DNA of 64,000 bases. Source: Fimicolochytrium jonesii (Eukaryota). Shown piece after piece: positions 27,396-39,479 of this stretch (within the stretch, counting starts at the first letter, position 1; each line of letters starts with the position of its first letter). The notes under the pieces are model-generated. The model was not told the DNA's origin. It saw nothing but the letters and a program-made list of their open reading frames with translations, and ran no database searches. The stretch is taken from the NCBI RefSeq assembly GCF_025526975.1, contig NW_026515671.1, forward strand, positions 1,550,001 to 1,614,000, read 5' to 3'. The position numbers and the translations under genes were made by a program.

Positions 27396-29301
27396 TAGCA
27401 AGAACACAACACCGGCATCTGAAAGTACCTTCCACCGAGTGCTCGATGCATACCAGAGGGTTTTTATTCGATCGGGGCCGTCCCATTGGCCAACCATCCA
27501 TAGCTAGCACTTTGGCACACTTTGACCCTTTTCTGCTACCTCACACCCGACCCACGCCCACACCTTGGCCCCACCCACACCCTTTCGCATCTCCCCTTCT
27601 TACATCTAAAGGGCCGGCCCAGTATACCTCGACGCGAGGGGAAAAACTAGATAGAATTTTTTCGTTGGTTCTTGCTGCATTTGTTCTTTGTCATGTTGTC
27701 GTATTTCCTCACACATATATTCACGTACTTTTCATGGGGTTGTGGCTATCATGAAGGCTGTTTTCTTTGTCATTCCCGCTGCGTATGTTTCATAAATGTT
27801 GATCATATGCCCCGTTTAGATCTGTTTTCTTCTGCCACTCACATCAACATTGGAGCGCTGTTCTCGAAAGAGCGTTGGTTTCAAACTTTCTTGTCGATGA
27901 TTTGATCCGGAAAACTTTCGGCGATCTTTTCGGCGGAAAACGCTTTGCACTGATATGCCCTTCCGCCCATATTCAAAGGGCCTTCCCAATCGAATACGCC
28001 GGCTCTCGCCTCTCTCCGGCCTCTCCGAGAACAAAAAATCGATGTTCCAAAACCATCCCAAAGTAAGGTCGTGGTCGTGCTCCCACACGGTCTTGGTGGG
28101 AGGCCTGGGAGTACGTTGTTGCACACTTCCCGATAGTTCTGTGCAACCGATAATCGCAATACCTAGGTGGGTGCTGCGGGCCGCTTCCTGGGGCTACGGC
28201 GCTCGCATCCTCCGGGAATAATGCACGGCTGCAATGACTTGCGCGCGTAGTATGCCCTTCCTGCCCGCTCACCTGCGCGCGTCCTTCACAACGTTACCGG
28301 CTGATATCCCGTTTCTGGCAAGCCATCTCGACCGAGATGCTCATCGTCTTGTCCTGCGCGCTGCTCGACGTCTTTGTTCGTCGTTCGTCAGAAGCCCATA
28401 GGAAACGCGTCGAATTGCACTTGCAGACAACAAAGCTCATGCAACGAAACTTGCAAACGTTTGCCTCTACAGTTGATTGCATGAAGCAGCTTGGTTTGAA
28501 CGAGTGGTTCAACCGCATCGAAGCGGTGCGGGTTGCAGGTACATCCATACGAGCTAGACGATTCTTTTGGCCAGTAGGCTCCTCGTACTGAGGTGTGGTT
28601 AGCCCTGTCCTTCCCGACACCGTCCGCCGCCCCTACTAGTCGACCATCCGAAATGCCTTCACCGTCTTCGCATTCCACTGCTCATCCGGAAAAGACTTGA
28701 GCGAGAGCGGGACACGGGCTTTGCCGCTCTCCGCACACTCTTCTCCGTTGATTACGTACTCAGCATCCATGCCCATTGCCCATTGGGCAGGACGACGAAA
28801 TAGCATCATGATGATGATTACAAATTTATCCGGAGCGCAGCCACGGCCGACGGTCAATGGTCAATTCAGGCCGCATTGGACAAGACATGGCGCAACTTTT
28901 GATTAGCAACCCTTAACCGAGATAGACTAGATCGCGTTTGGAATGACCTAAACTCGGAGGGGGAAACGCGATCTCCGATTCGAAATGTGTCCGAATTGCG
29001 TGCCCAAAAAAGCGCTCAACGGTCGGACAAAGAAAGAAAGCGGGTCTTGGAACACAGCAACACAAACACATGCGGAGCATCGCACAACAGCGAGCAACCA
29101 TGACACAACAGCAACCGTTACAACCGTCGGGGCTTAGAAATCCTCAGGTGCCGTCGTTTGAGGGTTGTGGTCGGAGATGTCGTATAAAAGCGTCGGGGTC
29201 GCTCGACGGTTTCCTTTCCACAACAACACTTTTTTGGAACGCATATCCCATATATCCATTGACCATCACCCCACGCATAACCTACTACAACAACACCAAT
29301 C

Positions 29302-30525
29302 ATGACCATCGACGTCGCCCCCCACCTCTTCTCGCCCATTAAGGTCGGCGACCTTGAACTCAAGCACCGTATCGTCATGGGCCCCCTCACACGGAGCCGC
29401 TCCCCGAAAGAGGTCGCCAACACCCTCAACGCCGAATACTATGGCCAGCGCGCAACGGACGGCGGTCTCCTCATCAGCGAAGGCACCTCCCCATCTCTCA
29501 CCGCCGCTGGATACCCCAACGTCCCCGGCATCCTGACCGAGGAGCAATCAAAAGGCTGGAAGCTGTCCACCGCCGCTGTCCACGCGAAGGGCGGATACAT
29601 CTACGCCCAGCTGTGGCACACGGGCCGCGCCGGCAAGTCGGAATTCCAGCCCGATAAGAAGGCACCCGTGTCCGCCTCGGCGATCCCTATCGACGGAAAG
29701 GAGACCCCCCGCGCCCTCGACCTCGACGAGATCAAGTACGTCGTGAACGAGTTCCAGACCTCCGCGAAGTGGGCGCGCGAGGCTGGGTTTGACGGGATCG
29801 AGATCCACGCTGCGCATGGGTACCTCATCGACCAGTTCTTGCAGACGTCGTCGAACAAGAGGGATGATCATTACGGAGGATCGATTGAGAACAGGGCTAG
29901 GTTCTTGTTTGAGGTTGTTGATGCGGTGTTGAAGGAGCTGCCCGCTTCTAAGGTCGCAATCCGTCTGTCGCCATGGCTGGGAATCCAGAATGTGAGCGAT
30001 GAGGACCCCGAGACCTTGTTCAAATACGTTCTTGTTAAGCTGAACGCTTACAAGCTCGCATGTAAGTAGCCTGACACATCTCTCGTCACGTTATTCCAGA
30101 TTGCTGTTTACTCATCATAACGTATTTCTCACCATCCAGACATCCACCTCACCGAACCCGTCTGGGGTGGATGGCAACAGGGGCCTCCCCACTCCCAATC
30201 CAAGCTCCAAATCCTCCGCCCGCTGATCACCTCCCCCACCAAGTTGCTCCTCACCGGCGGCTACACCCTCGAAACCGGCGAGGAAGCCGTCGCCGCCGGC
30301 CGCGCCGACATCATCGGGTACGGTCGTCCCTTCATCACCAACCCGGACCTCGTCGAGCGGTTCCGGCTTGGGAAGCCGTTGACGGACTATTCGGACCCGA
30401 GCAAGTACTATGGTGGAGGTCGCGAGGGGTATGCGGATTACCTCACGTGGGAGGAGGAGGAGCAGCGGAAAGAGAAGAAGGAGAAGCTTATTCCGGGGTC
30501 GGGGGCTACGCACTCCAAATACTAG
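29302..30525 (+). CDS. Old yellow enzyme (NADH:flavin oxidoreductase), two exons
   Basis: LFSPIKVG..LKHRIVMGPLTR, YYGQRA, QLWHTGR, AGFDGIEIHAAHGYLIDQFL, GRPFITNPDL. Confidence 0.95.
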
Positions 30526-30855
30526 ATGGGCGATTCTCGACATGTAGATAGGATTCGTTGGGAATAATACGGCGATTTTGCATTTTTATCTTCTTTCTCA
30601 TACTACTCCAATGCCGAACAACGATTTCTGATCATGGAAGATAGCTTGCGCGGCTCCATCCGTACCTACTTTAGCTTCCGCGGCGTCGATTGTGAGAAAG
30701 GCATTATTAACTACGCCGACTGGGTTGACACGCTGCTTAGATCTCGCCCATGACCGCGATCAAGTCAATGAGAGAAGTGGGTACCATGATGTGAACCAAA
30801 AATATGTGCGACTTGCAACGGAAACCAACTCAAAACCGATGTGGCCGCTCCACCA

Positions 30856-32657
30856 TCATCCCTTACGCCGTGCCCTCGTCCCCCGCGCGGATGAACCTAC
30901 TTCCGCCGCTACAACTTCTTTCTCAGATTTTGCCCGCCGCGATTTGGCAGCTGGCCCTTCCTCCTTCACACCCTCAACCTTCCGTATGCGTCCACGTGAA
31001 GTTGCATCCTTCTTCGCCGGCTCAGCATCGTCTACTGGTTCCACTTTGATGCTCAGCTTTCGTTTTGAGCGTCGTAGTTTTGGGCCGTCTTCCTCCTCAT
31101 TGCCGTCGTCGGCGGCGCTGTCCGAAGGTGGGTCGGCTTGAGCGTCTTCGCTTTTGGCTTTGCGTTTTTTCGTTGTCCGTGATTTGATGGGAGGTGGGGA
31201 GTTTGGGGACGGATCGTCGTCAGCGTCCTCGCGTGTGGGTTTGCGTTTTTTCGTCCGTGATGGTTTGACGGGAGCTGAGGAATCGGGTGACGCCGGTTCG
31301 GATTTCTCGACTTTTGATTTCGACTGTGGTGATAGTGCGACACGCGGATGGGATAAGTCGCCAGTCTCGTGCCGGACGTCCAAAGTCCGAAGTGAGAGAG
31401 AAATACCTTTCGGCCTCCGGCGCCTGCGTCTCCGTGGACCTTTTGCACGGCAGGTACGATGGCCGACGTCCGTCCACCCACTGTTTCGAATCTGACGATG
31501 CTGCCGTCGGGTAGCGTCGCTTCACGCGCTTTCGTTGCCCCTTTTCCCCACCTGCATTATTGCGAGGGGGGCCACCGTAAGTGACAAGCCCAATGGTTTT
31601 CCCGTCCATGCCGGCGCGATTTAACCCCCTCACCGATGCTTGAATATCCAATTATCCGGAAACCGGCTGCTATCCGCATTCACCTCAACAGCCGTCTTGA
31701 CCACAAAGGCCATCTGCTCATACAGCGCCGCGATCTCGGCTTCCGTCAACGTGTTGGTGTATTGCGCGGGATGGATGCGGGCTTGGTAAAGGATCTGCAT
31801 GGCTCGTCACGTCGCCGTTCATGAACGCATGTCCATCACTACGCTTGGATCCCGTAGACGCACCTCATCAGCAACCCAGTTGCCCACTCCAGCACTAAAC
31901 GACTGATTCAATATCAACGCCTTCACCGGAACCTTCCGCCCCTTCACCAACCCACTGAACACGTCAAGAGCAGGCATCTCCAAATACGGATCGAAACCCA
32001 ATTCCGAGACGGGCGGGAAATCATGTGGGTCCCCATCGACGAGCCGAATCCGCGCGAGTCGCCGCGGGTCGGTGAAGGCGAGCTCTTCACCGGTGGAGAA
32101 GACGAGCACGAATTTGTGGAATTTGGGCGGCCAGGTTGAGGAGGATGTGGAGAAGTCTTCGTAGTGGAGGCCCGGTTGGCCTTTTATCTGATATGTGGAG
32201 GCGGAGGGGGTGGGTATGAATTTCTGCAACATAGGACAGGATTAAGGCGGAGAGGGGCATACCCTGACGGATCCGGTCATGCCCAAGTGCAACACGGCAT
32301 TGGGCACTTTGTCAAAGATGAACCAGAACACTTTGCCTTTCCGGCCCGTATCCTTTACCGTCTGTCCTTTCAGCTTTTCGGCGAACTCGGTGTTGCTGCA
32401 GCCATTATATACGATATCATCTACAGTCTGGGAAAGCAAGGGTGGCAGGTGGGGTGAATGTTCGTACGCCGTCACACTATTATGATTGCGAGGCACTCCA
32501 ATACCAAAGTGCCGAGTTGACACGAAGCGGATGGGTGGAGCTGAGCGAATGAGTTGTGGAGAGCAAGCCTTACCGTGTCGACCCGGACAATCTTCTTGTT
32601 CAGGAGGTTATCGTGGACCAGTCGCCTGGCTCGTTCGACCTCTGGGAGTTCCGGCAT
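30856..32657 (-). CDS. fpg: Formamidopyrimidine-DNA glycosylase (Fpg/MutM, fungal/plant type), multi-exon
   Basis: N-terminal MPELPEVE, RKGK, HLGMTG, WPPKFHKF, FTDPRRLARIRL, AGVGNWVADE, VGGRTSAIVPAVQK. Confidence 0.92.
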
Positions 32658-32810
32658 TTTCTGACGATGAGAGGTCAGACCGTACTACGAGGGCGTGATG
32701 CAGCGAAGGGTCACTCACTAGCTACAAGTCCCAAAAGCTGACACAGTTGCGAGTCAATATATAGTAGGTACAATGGAATGCGCGTGAGCGCGATGTGTGT
32801 GAGTCACACT

Positions 32811-32875
32811 GCGTTACTATAAGCGTTACTGGTCTTGCGTTACTGGCCTTCACAGTACACGCTTCCCATAGTACA
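32811..32875. repeat. Left-end cluster of GCGTTACT(GG) repeats (32811, 32823, 32837) plus ATAGTACA (32868-32875)
   Basis: Seen directly; the same motifs recur at 44821-44883. Confidence 0.75.
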
Positions 32876-33181
32876 CCACATATGATCCCATATGAATGGA
32901 CGCGTCAATGCGCGCAATTTAACAGAGAATTCGATTTTGATGATAACACTTAACAATTGATTAGGGGAATCGATTTTTCATTTTTTATGGCAACAGATTT
33001 GCCTCATGATTAGCTTCCACACACTCCCCCAATTAAAGGATGTCATATATAAGACAGCCTGCTGACGCTTCCCCTCACGTTTTCCCTATGCTTTCCACAG
33101 CACTTTTACGCCATCTTCAACACATCGCACACACATCACACCGTCTCTCCTCTCTCCTTTGCAACGCCACGCACTGTAAGT

Positions 33182-33252
33182 AAGCTGAGGATTATTGTGT
33201 TTTTGAACCAGAAGGGCTGGAAAGCGTCGAAAAACGGCGTTATTCTCAGCCT
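33182..33252. repeat. 71-bp palindromic motif, copy 1 (in probable 5'-UTR intron 33176-33305)
   Basis: AAGCTGAGGATTATTGTGTTTTTG...CGAAAAACGGCGTTATTCTCAGCCT. Confidence 0.9.
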
Positions 33253-33341
33253 GTCGGAGTTTCGACAGCTTGACTGACGTGACTGACGTTTGTTCGAAAG
33301 TTTAGGTATACCAACACACCCTGCCCTCATCATAAGTGAGT

Positions 33342-34248
33342 ATGGCTTCTTCTTCTTCGGCAACGGGACGGGGACCCAACGACAACGGGGAGGGGGATAT
33401 GGGGATGGCCATGTACGACCTGTCAGAAATGCACTGGCAGATGGGGCAGGAGGAGACGGAGACGACGATTGCCGTCTTCTGTTACCTCTGGATCCTCTAC
33501 GACCCAGTGATCGTTACCCGCATGGTCGATGGCCACCAGGTCGAGTTTTACTGGTGGTCACTCAACCAATCGAGGCACATCAGGACGCTGCAGAGGCGTG
33601 CCCGCTCGGCGGCGGCCTTCGGCCTCTGTCGAGTGGATTCAGAGGCGCGCCTCTACCACGAGGGGAAGCAAGTCAACGGGGTGATGCTGAGGAAGGATTG
33701 GGTCGGGGGTACGTATCTTCTCGACAAGCTGAGGATTAATGCGTTTTTCGACGTCCCCGGCGTGCGCGCGTCAAAAAATCGCATAAACCTCAGCTTGTCT
33801 TTGTTTTGTTGCTGCGTTGAAGGGCAATAACAATAACCGTGTTCTTCTCTCAGATTGCTTGAGGATCCACCCATTGGACGCAGAGAGGCTCAGGGATTGA
33901 ATGTTGCCAGCATGGGACAACACCGCACTATGCCCCCTTGGCCATCTCTGCAAAGGCGCCTCCGTCGCACACAGCATCCATCAGACATGGGATGCTCCCA
34001 TCTTTCCGCCACCGCCAATCGGCCCAACCGCAACCGCCGCAGCCACTGCCCCCTCCCCAGGCGACTACTCCCAGCCATGGTTGTCCTTCCAGGACACAGT
34101 TGTTGAGGGAATGCGTAACCCTTCGTCCGAGGTTATCGATGAGGCTGAGGACATCTTCGAAAATACGGAGCAGATGAAGGAATGGCGGAAGCAAATGGCT
34201 GAATACTATAGCCGGAAGAGGACCAAGGATGCTGAAGCCGATGAATAA
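33342..34248 (+). pseudogene. Crypton cargo gene 1, unknown protein of about 253 aa; exons 33342-33708 and 33854-34248; in-frame TGA at 33898-33900
   Basis: Phase-1 intron GTACGT..TCTCAG joins the two ORFs in frame; no family recognised. Confidence 0.6.
33726..33796. repeat. 71-bp palindromic motif, copy 2 (in intron 33709-33853)
   Basis: AAGCTGAGGATTAATGCGTTTTTCGACG..CGTCAAAAAATCGCATAAACCTCAGCTT. Confidence 0.95.
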
Positions 34249-34480
34249 TATGTTCCATATCATACCATTTCTGAATATATTCTGATTGTTGGCCTCTTCT
34301 TTCCTTTTCTCAATTAACATCAGAATATGGTCAACCCATGACCCCCTGCCCCGCCCGGTTCTGCCAGGAAACTGGCCTTGGATGCTCCACGCGGTCTTCC
34401 AAATCGCCCAAATCGCCCTGCATTAATTCCCCAATCTAGAATTGATAATGTCACAGGAACTTGGAAGGTGGGTTTTGAAC

Positions 34481-34551
34481 AAGCTGAGAGAACCTTGATT
34501 TTCGCCGTCCCCGGTCTGGAGAGGGTTCAAAATGGCACTAATCTTCAGCTT
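34481..34551. repeat. 71-bp palindromic motif, copy 3 (in intron 34468-34561)
   Basis: AAGCTGAGAGAACCTTGATTTTCG..TTCAAAATGGCACTAATCTTCAGCTT. Confidence 0.9.
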
Positions 34552-34963
34552 GGTACGTCAGGTTGGTTATCCACCAAAGTCCACGTTCCCAAAGGCGCTG
34601 ACTCTGCGACGAAGAAGGGGCGGATATCGGTCGGGCGAGTTGGCAGAGGCCGAGATCAAACACTATGCCCATACATATGGGTCGGTGATCCTAAAGTCGC
34701 CCTTCAGGAAGTTGATAGAGGAGATCGACTATGAAGTGCCCCGGGCTCACAATCAGAGCATCGCGACAACCCCGGGGGCGACGCCGTTCTCTGAAAGGCA
34801 TCGCTGGTACCAAGAGGCAGTCGATGCCCTCCAGGAGGCCGCTGAGACATACATCAGCGCCCTCTTCTCAAACTCCATCATGCAACAACGGCATGCAAAG
34901 CGTCGGACTCTGAACAAGGACGACGTGAGTACTTGTTTGTCATTCAACGCATTCCAGTTACCC

Positions 34964-35034
34964 AAGCTGAAGATAACGCCGCTTTTGACGTCTCTGGGGA
35001 GGGGGACGTTCAAAAAGCGGATAATTGTCAGCTT
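34964..35034. repeat. 71-bp palindromic motif, copy 4 (in intron 34925-35076)
   Basis: AAGCTGAAGATAACGCCGCTTTTGACG..CGTTCAAAAAGCGGATAATTGTCAGCTT. Confidence 0.9.
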
Positions 35035-35109
35035 GGCTTGTATTCCACACTGATTGATTCTCTTTTTGACAAATAGTTTCGGATGGTCCGGTACTTCCGG
35101 AAGCTGCTG

Positions 35110-35639
35110 TGTTATGAATGGGCGGAGCCGATGGAAATAGAGGCGACTTGTGGTGCAGGTTGTTGACAGGTAATGGTATTCAGACCGAAACAAGAACTAG
35201 AACAAGACTAGGAAGAACTGGTGTTGATCTGCTGGGGGATCAGGAAGTGGGGAGCTCAGGGGAGGCGGCTATTTATGTTTTTCTGGGAAGGCTGGGGAAG
35301 CGTGGGGAAGCAGAAGGGTACGGAATGAGAGGGAAGCCAAGAGAAGCGCCAAGGGTGGGGAAGCATAGAAACAGAAGACTGGGGATGGGGTGGCTACGCT
35401 GAGGCTGTGGGCGGGTACGTGGGGAAGTATGGAGAAGGGTTTGTAAGCGCCGAGTGTTGGGAGGTGTGGCTACGTGCGGCTGCGTGGAGAATTGAAGGCA
35501 GTGGCAGGTGTGGGGTAGCGCCGCTGCGTGCGGCTGCAAGGTTTGGCAGATGTCAGGTTTTGACAGGGAATTGACATTGACTGACTGTTGGGATGCTGTC
35601 ATGAGGTAAGCGCATGGTATGGACGCGTCGTCCATAACA
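35110..35639 (-). repeat. 3' LTR, 530 bp
   Basis: Begins TGTTATG and ends CATAACA; about 6 substitutions relative to the other LTR. Confidence 0.97.
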
Positions 35640-35651
35640 TCACCCCCTCCT

Positions 35652-38600
35652 TTAGCCACGGCGTCCGGATGTTGTTTTGATGTTGGCAGGCTTTGGTCGG
35701 GGTTTGTCGGGGTACTTTTGGTGGAACTGGGCAACAAGCTCTTGACATCGGGCAAGGTGTTCCACTGGCTCCCATGTGTTCTCCGAGCTTGGCCAACCCT
35801 GCCACTTGATGAGGTACTGAAGGTGCGTGCGTCGAATACGGGAGTCAAGAATGTCTTCCACAATCCATTCCTCCTGTCCTTCGACTTCTTCTGGTGGGGT
35901 GGGTTCTGGCTCAGTTCGCTCCGGAATGGTGAAACGTGGTTCAAGAAGGGAGACATGGAAGACGTTGTGAATTTTGTAGGATGGGGGAAGCTTGAGGCGA
36001 TATGTGACCGAGTTGATCTTCTCCGTGATTGTGAAGGGGCCAATCTTACGGTGATCAAGTTTCTGGGAAGGTCGGAGAGTCTTGAGATTCCGCTGTAAGA
36101 GCCAGACACTGTCCCCGGGTTTCATGTCTGGGCCAGGTGCCCTCTTAGCATCGGCAAAGCGCTTCATGCGTCCTTGGGCCTCCTTGAGCTCAGTGGCAAG
36201 CTGTTCATGGATTTCCTTGAGATGGTTGGCACGAGCTTCGGCTGCAGGATTAAGGGATTCGGTTGTGGTGGCGGAAGCCAGACTGAATCGAGGATGGAAC
36301 CCATAGTTGGCGTAGAAGGGGGTTGTCTGGGTGGCGGAGTGGATGGTGTTATTGTAAGAGAACTCAGCAGAAGACAAGAGTTCCTTCCAGTTATCTTGTT
36401 GATAGTTGCAAAAGCAGCGAAGGTATTGCTCAAGAATCTGATTGGTCCGCTCGGTTTGTCCATCGCTCTGGGGATGGAACGCCGATGAGAGGTTGACCTT
36501 GGTTCCCAGGAGAGCGAAGAGACGTTTCCAGAAGTGGGAGTTGAACTGTGGGCCACGGTCAGATACAATATCGTCGGGGAGTCCATGGAGCCGGATGACA
36601 TGGTGCCAGATCAGATCTGCAGTTGACTCAGCGGTGGCAGTTTTCCTGCACGGTACAAAGTGCGCCATCTTGGTGAACCGGCAGATGACAACGAGCACAG
36701 AATCAACCCCATCACTGGCGGGTAGATCCGTGATGAAGTCCATAGGAAATTGACCCCCAGGGGCGGTCAGGGACCTGCAGGGGTTGGAGGAGTACCGTAG
36801 GGCTTGTGTCTGCTGGTCTTGGCTTGAGCACATACGTCGCAGGACCTGATGTAGGACTTGACAAAACGCCACTGGCTAGGCCACCAGTAGTTGCGTGAGA
36901 TGAGCTCCAGGGTCTTTGACATGCCGTAGTGTCCTGCCAAACGCGTGTCATGCATGTCCCGGCAGATCTCAGCACGGAGCTTGTTGGTGGGGACGTAGAC
37001 AAGGTTGTCGTACAGCAGAACCCCATTTTCCTCGGAGAATCGCTTTATCCGTTCTTGGTCTTCTTGAGATTGCTGGGCAATGGGGGCCCTAAGCTGTCGC
37101 CGGATGGTTTCGCGCAAACACATCGGATGCCAGGGCAGCTTTGATTTGGTCAAGGAGCGAGGAGTCCAGTGGGGTCAGATAAGTGGCGGCCAGGCGGAGA
37201 TGGTCAGGGGTGAGGATCGTGGTTTCCTGGGAGCGGAATGCTTCTTCCCCCTCCCTTAGCTCGTATTCAGAGCGACGAGAGAGGGCGTCAGCTTGGTGTT
37301 GCTGGGTACCAGGGCGGTATGTGATGACAAAGTCGAAATCAGCAAAGAAGATTGACCAGCGGGATTGGCGGCGGTTGAGGGTACGGGTAGTCATTAACTG
37401 GAGGTTCTTGTGGTCACAGTAAATGATGACCTTGTGGCGGGCACCAATGAGGTGGTGTCGCCATTGAGCAAATGAGTCTTGGATAGCCAGGAGTTCCTTG
37501 TCGTAGATCTCATAGTTGATTTCCTCAGGAGTAAATTTGCGGGAGTGAAAGGCCACAGGGTGGAGTTGATCTGTGTCATCGGGTTGAAGGAGGACGGCGC
37601 CAAGGGCAAAGTCGGAGGCATCGGATTCGACAATGAAGGGCTTGTCAGGGTCGGGGTGAGTCAGGATAGGTGCGGAGGTGAAGGCTTTCTTGAGGGTTTC
37701 AAAAGCTAGGTGTGCAGCGTGGGTCCATTTGAATGGCAAGTCTTTGCGAGTGAGCGTGGTCAGGGGTGCAACGATCGCAGAGTACCCTTTGATGAATCGC
37801 CGGTAGAAGTTGGCAAAACCAAGGAAGCGCTGGATGCCTTTGACATTCGTCCGGGGTTCCCATTCGGTAATGGCAGCCGTCTTCTTTGGGTCCATGGAAA
37901 TGCCTTGCTGGGAGATGATAAACCCCAGGAACTCAACAGAGTCACGGTTGAATTCGCATTTTTCCGGTTTCGCATACAGCCCGTGCTGGCGGAGTCGTGA
38001 GAGCACCTCTCGGACGTGGTTGGGGTGGTCTTCTGGGTTTTTTGAGAAGATCAGAATGTCGTCAAGGTAGACCACAACAAAAACGTCGAGAATGTCACGG
38101 AATATGTCGTTCATGAGGTGTTGGAATACTCCAGGGGCATTGGTGAGCCCAAACGGCATGACATTATACTCGAATAGGCCGTAGCGACATTGGAACGCTG
38201 TCTTCCATTCATCCCCTGGCCGGATCCGAAGAAGGTTGTAGGCTCCCCGGAGGTCAATCTTGGTGAGCCGGCGTGCCCCTCGAAGACGATCCATGATGCT
38301 GTTAATCAAGGGCAAGGGATAGCGATTCTTGATGTTGATATTGTTGAGTCCACGATAGTCGACGCACAGACGGAGGGAACCGTCCTTTTTCTTGACAAAG
38401 AGGACTGGGGCACCGGCGGGAGACTTGGAGTGCTTGATGAACCCCTTAGCTAGGTTCTCTTCAAGGTAGTCACAGAGTGCCTGCATTTCAGGCTTGCTGA
38501 GACTATAGATCGGGCCGAACGGTGGCTGTTTGCCCTCTTCTAAGTCGATGGGACAGTCGTAGGGTCGGTGCTCTGGGAGGGTATCCGCGTTCTTCTTGGC

Positions 38601-39321
38601 AAAGACGTCCGCAAAATCTTGGTATTCTTCAGGAATGATGGCCTTCGGATCTTTTGGAGGAGTGGTCGCCAGGGCTTGGGAATCTGACTTGGTCGGATTG
38701 GCGTAGGCAATGAAAGCCTGGTCATGCCTTGCCGCCACACGGAAAGCCTGGGGCGCTGATAAACGATACGTGGATCGGTGTGGGTGCTGGGTCCAGTGTG
38801 TTGGGTGTCTGGGCTAGGGAGACTGAAATCTCGTCTTGATGGATACGGATCAGAGGTTCAGGGGTTCTTGAGGGCTTCGGGCTAGGTTCTGTTGGCAGGG
38901 CATCCCAGGAGGCGTATTGTCCAAAACCGCAATGGCAGCGGACGCAAAGAGTGCGAGTCTTCCAGTGTAGCTCCACATCATGGAGCTCAAACCAGGGATG
39001 CCCCAGGATGATTGGCGCATGCGGGGAACATGTCACATGGAATATCACCTCCTCAAAATGGTCGTTGACCCACATGCCCAAAGGTTGGGTGTGATGGGTA
39101 ATGGAGCCCGCATGGCTGGGACGTCCGTCAACCAGTTCAAGCGCAATGGGGTCCTCCTTCTTGACAAGTGGGATGCGGTGCTTGCGGGCATAACTTTTGT
39201 CGATGAAGCACGACATCGCACCGGTGTCGAGTAGTGCTGAAAGCTGAACTGGAGCTCGCTGGGCCGATATCTGCAGGGTAACAGGGTACTCGAATGGTGA
39301 GGATGGGCCCAAAGTCCGCAT
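35652..39321 (-). pseudogene. pol: Gypsy pol (protease-RT-RNase H-integrase-chromodomain) with about 4 single-base frameshifts
   Basis: Domains are spread over ORFs 38722-39321, 37089-38738, 36767-37153, 36712-37026 and 35652-36872. Confidence 0.93.
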
Positions 39322-39479
39322 GGGTGAGGGTATCTCAGATAGGAGATTGACATTGTTGGTGGTCAGGAGAAGGGTGTTGCTGGAGATGCCAGGATCAGAG
39401 CAAGGTTTTGTGGCTTCTCCCTTGGCAGTACTTGCGTGGCGAGAAGGCCCAGGACAGGTGTTGCCCAGCTGCTCGGCCT

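Noticed and set aside
27900..29000. Short ORFs between Vts1 and OYE
   Set aside because: No recognisable motif or consistent exon chain; could be a decayed gene but I cannot support it.
33182..33252. 71-bp motifs as tRNA genes or tRNA-derived SINEs
   Set aside because: The length is similar, but they form a single dyad with no cloverleaf and no A/B boxes.
33898..34341. In-frame TGA codons as selenocysteine, with the hairpins as SECIS elements
   Set aside because: The hairpins are mostly intronic, I see no SECIS AUGA/GA core, and the TGA contexts are not redox motifs; nonsense mutation is simpler.
35273..36109. Long ORFs overlapping the LTRs (also 40621-41313 and the 94-aa pair at 35118 and 40466)
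   Set aside because: Shadow frames of LTR or pol sequence with no protein motifs.
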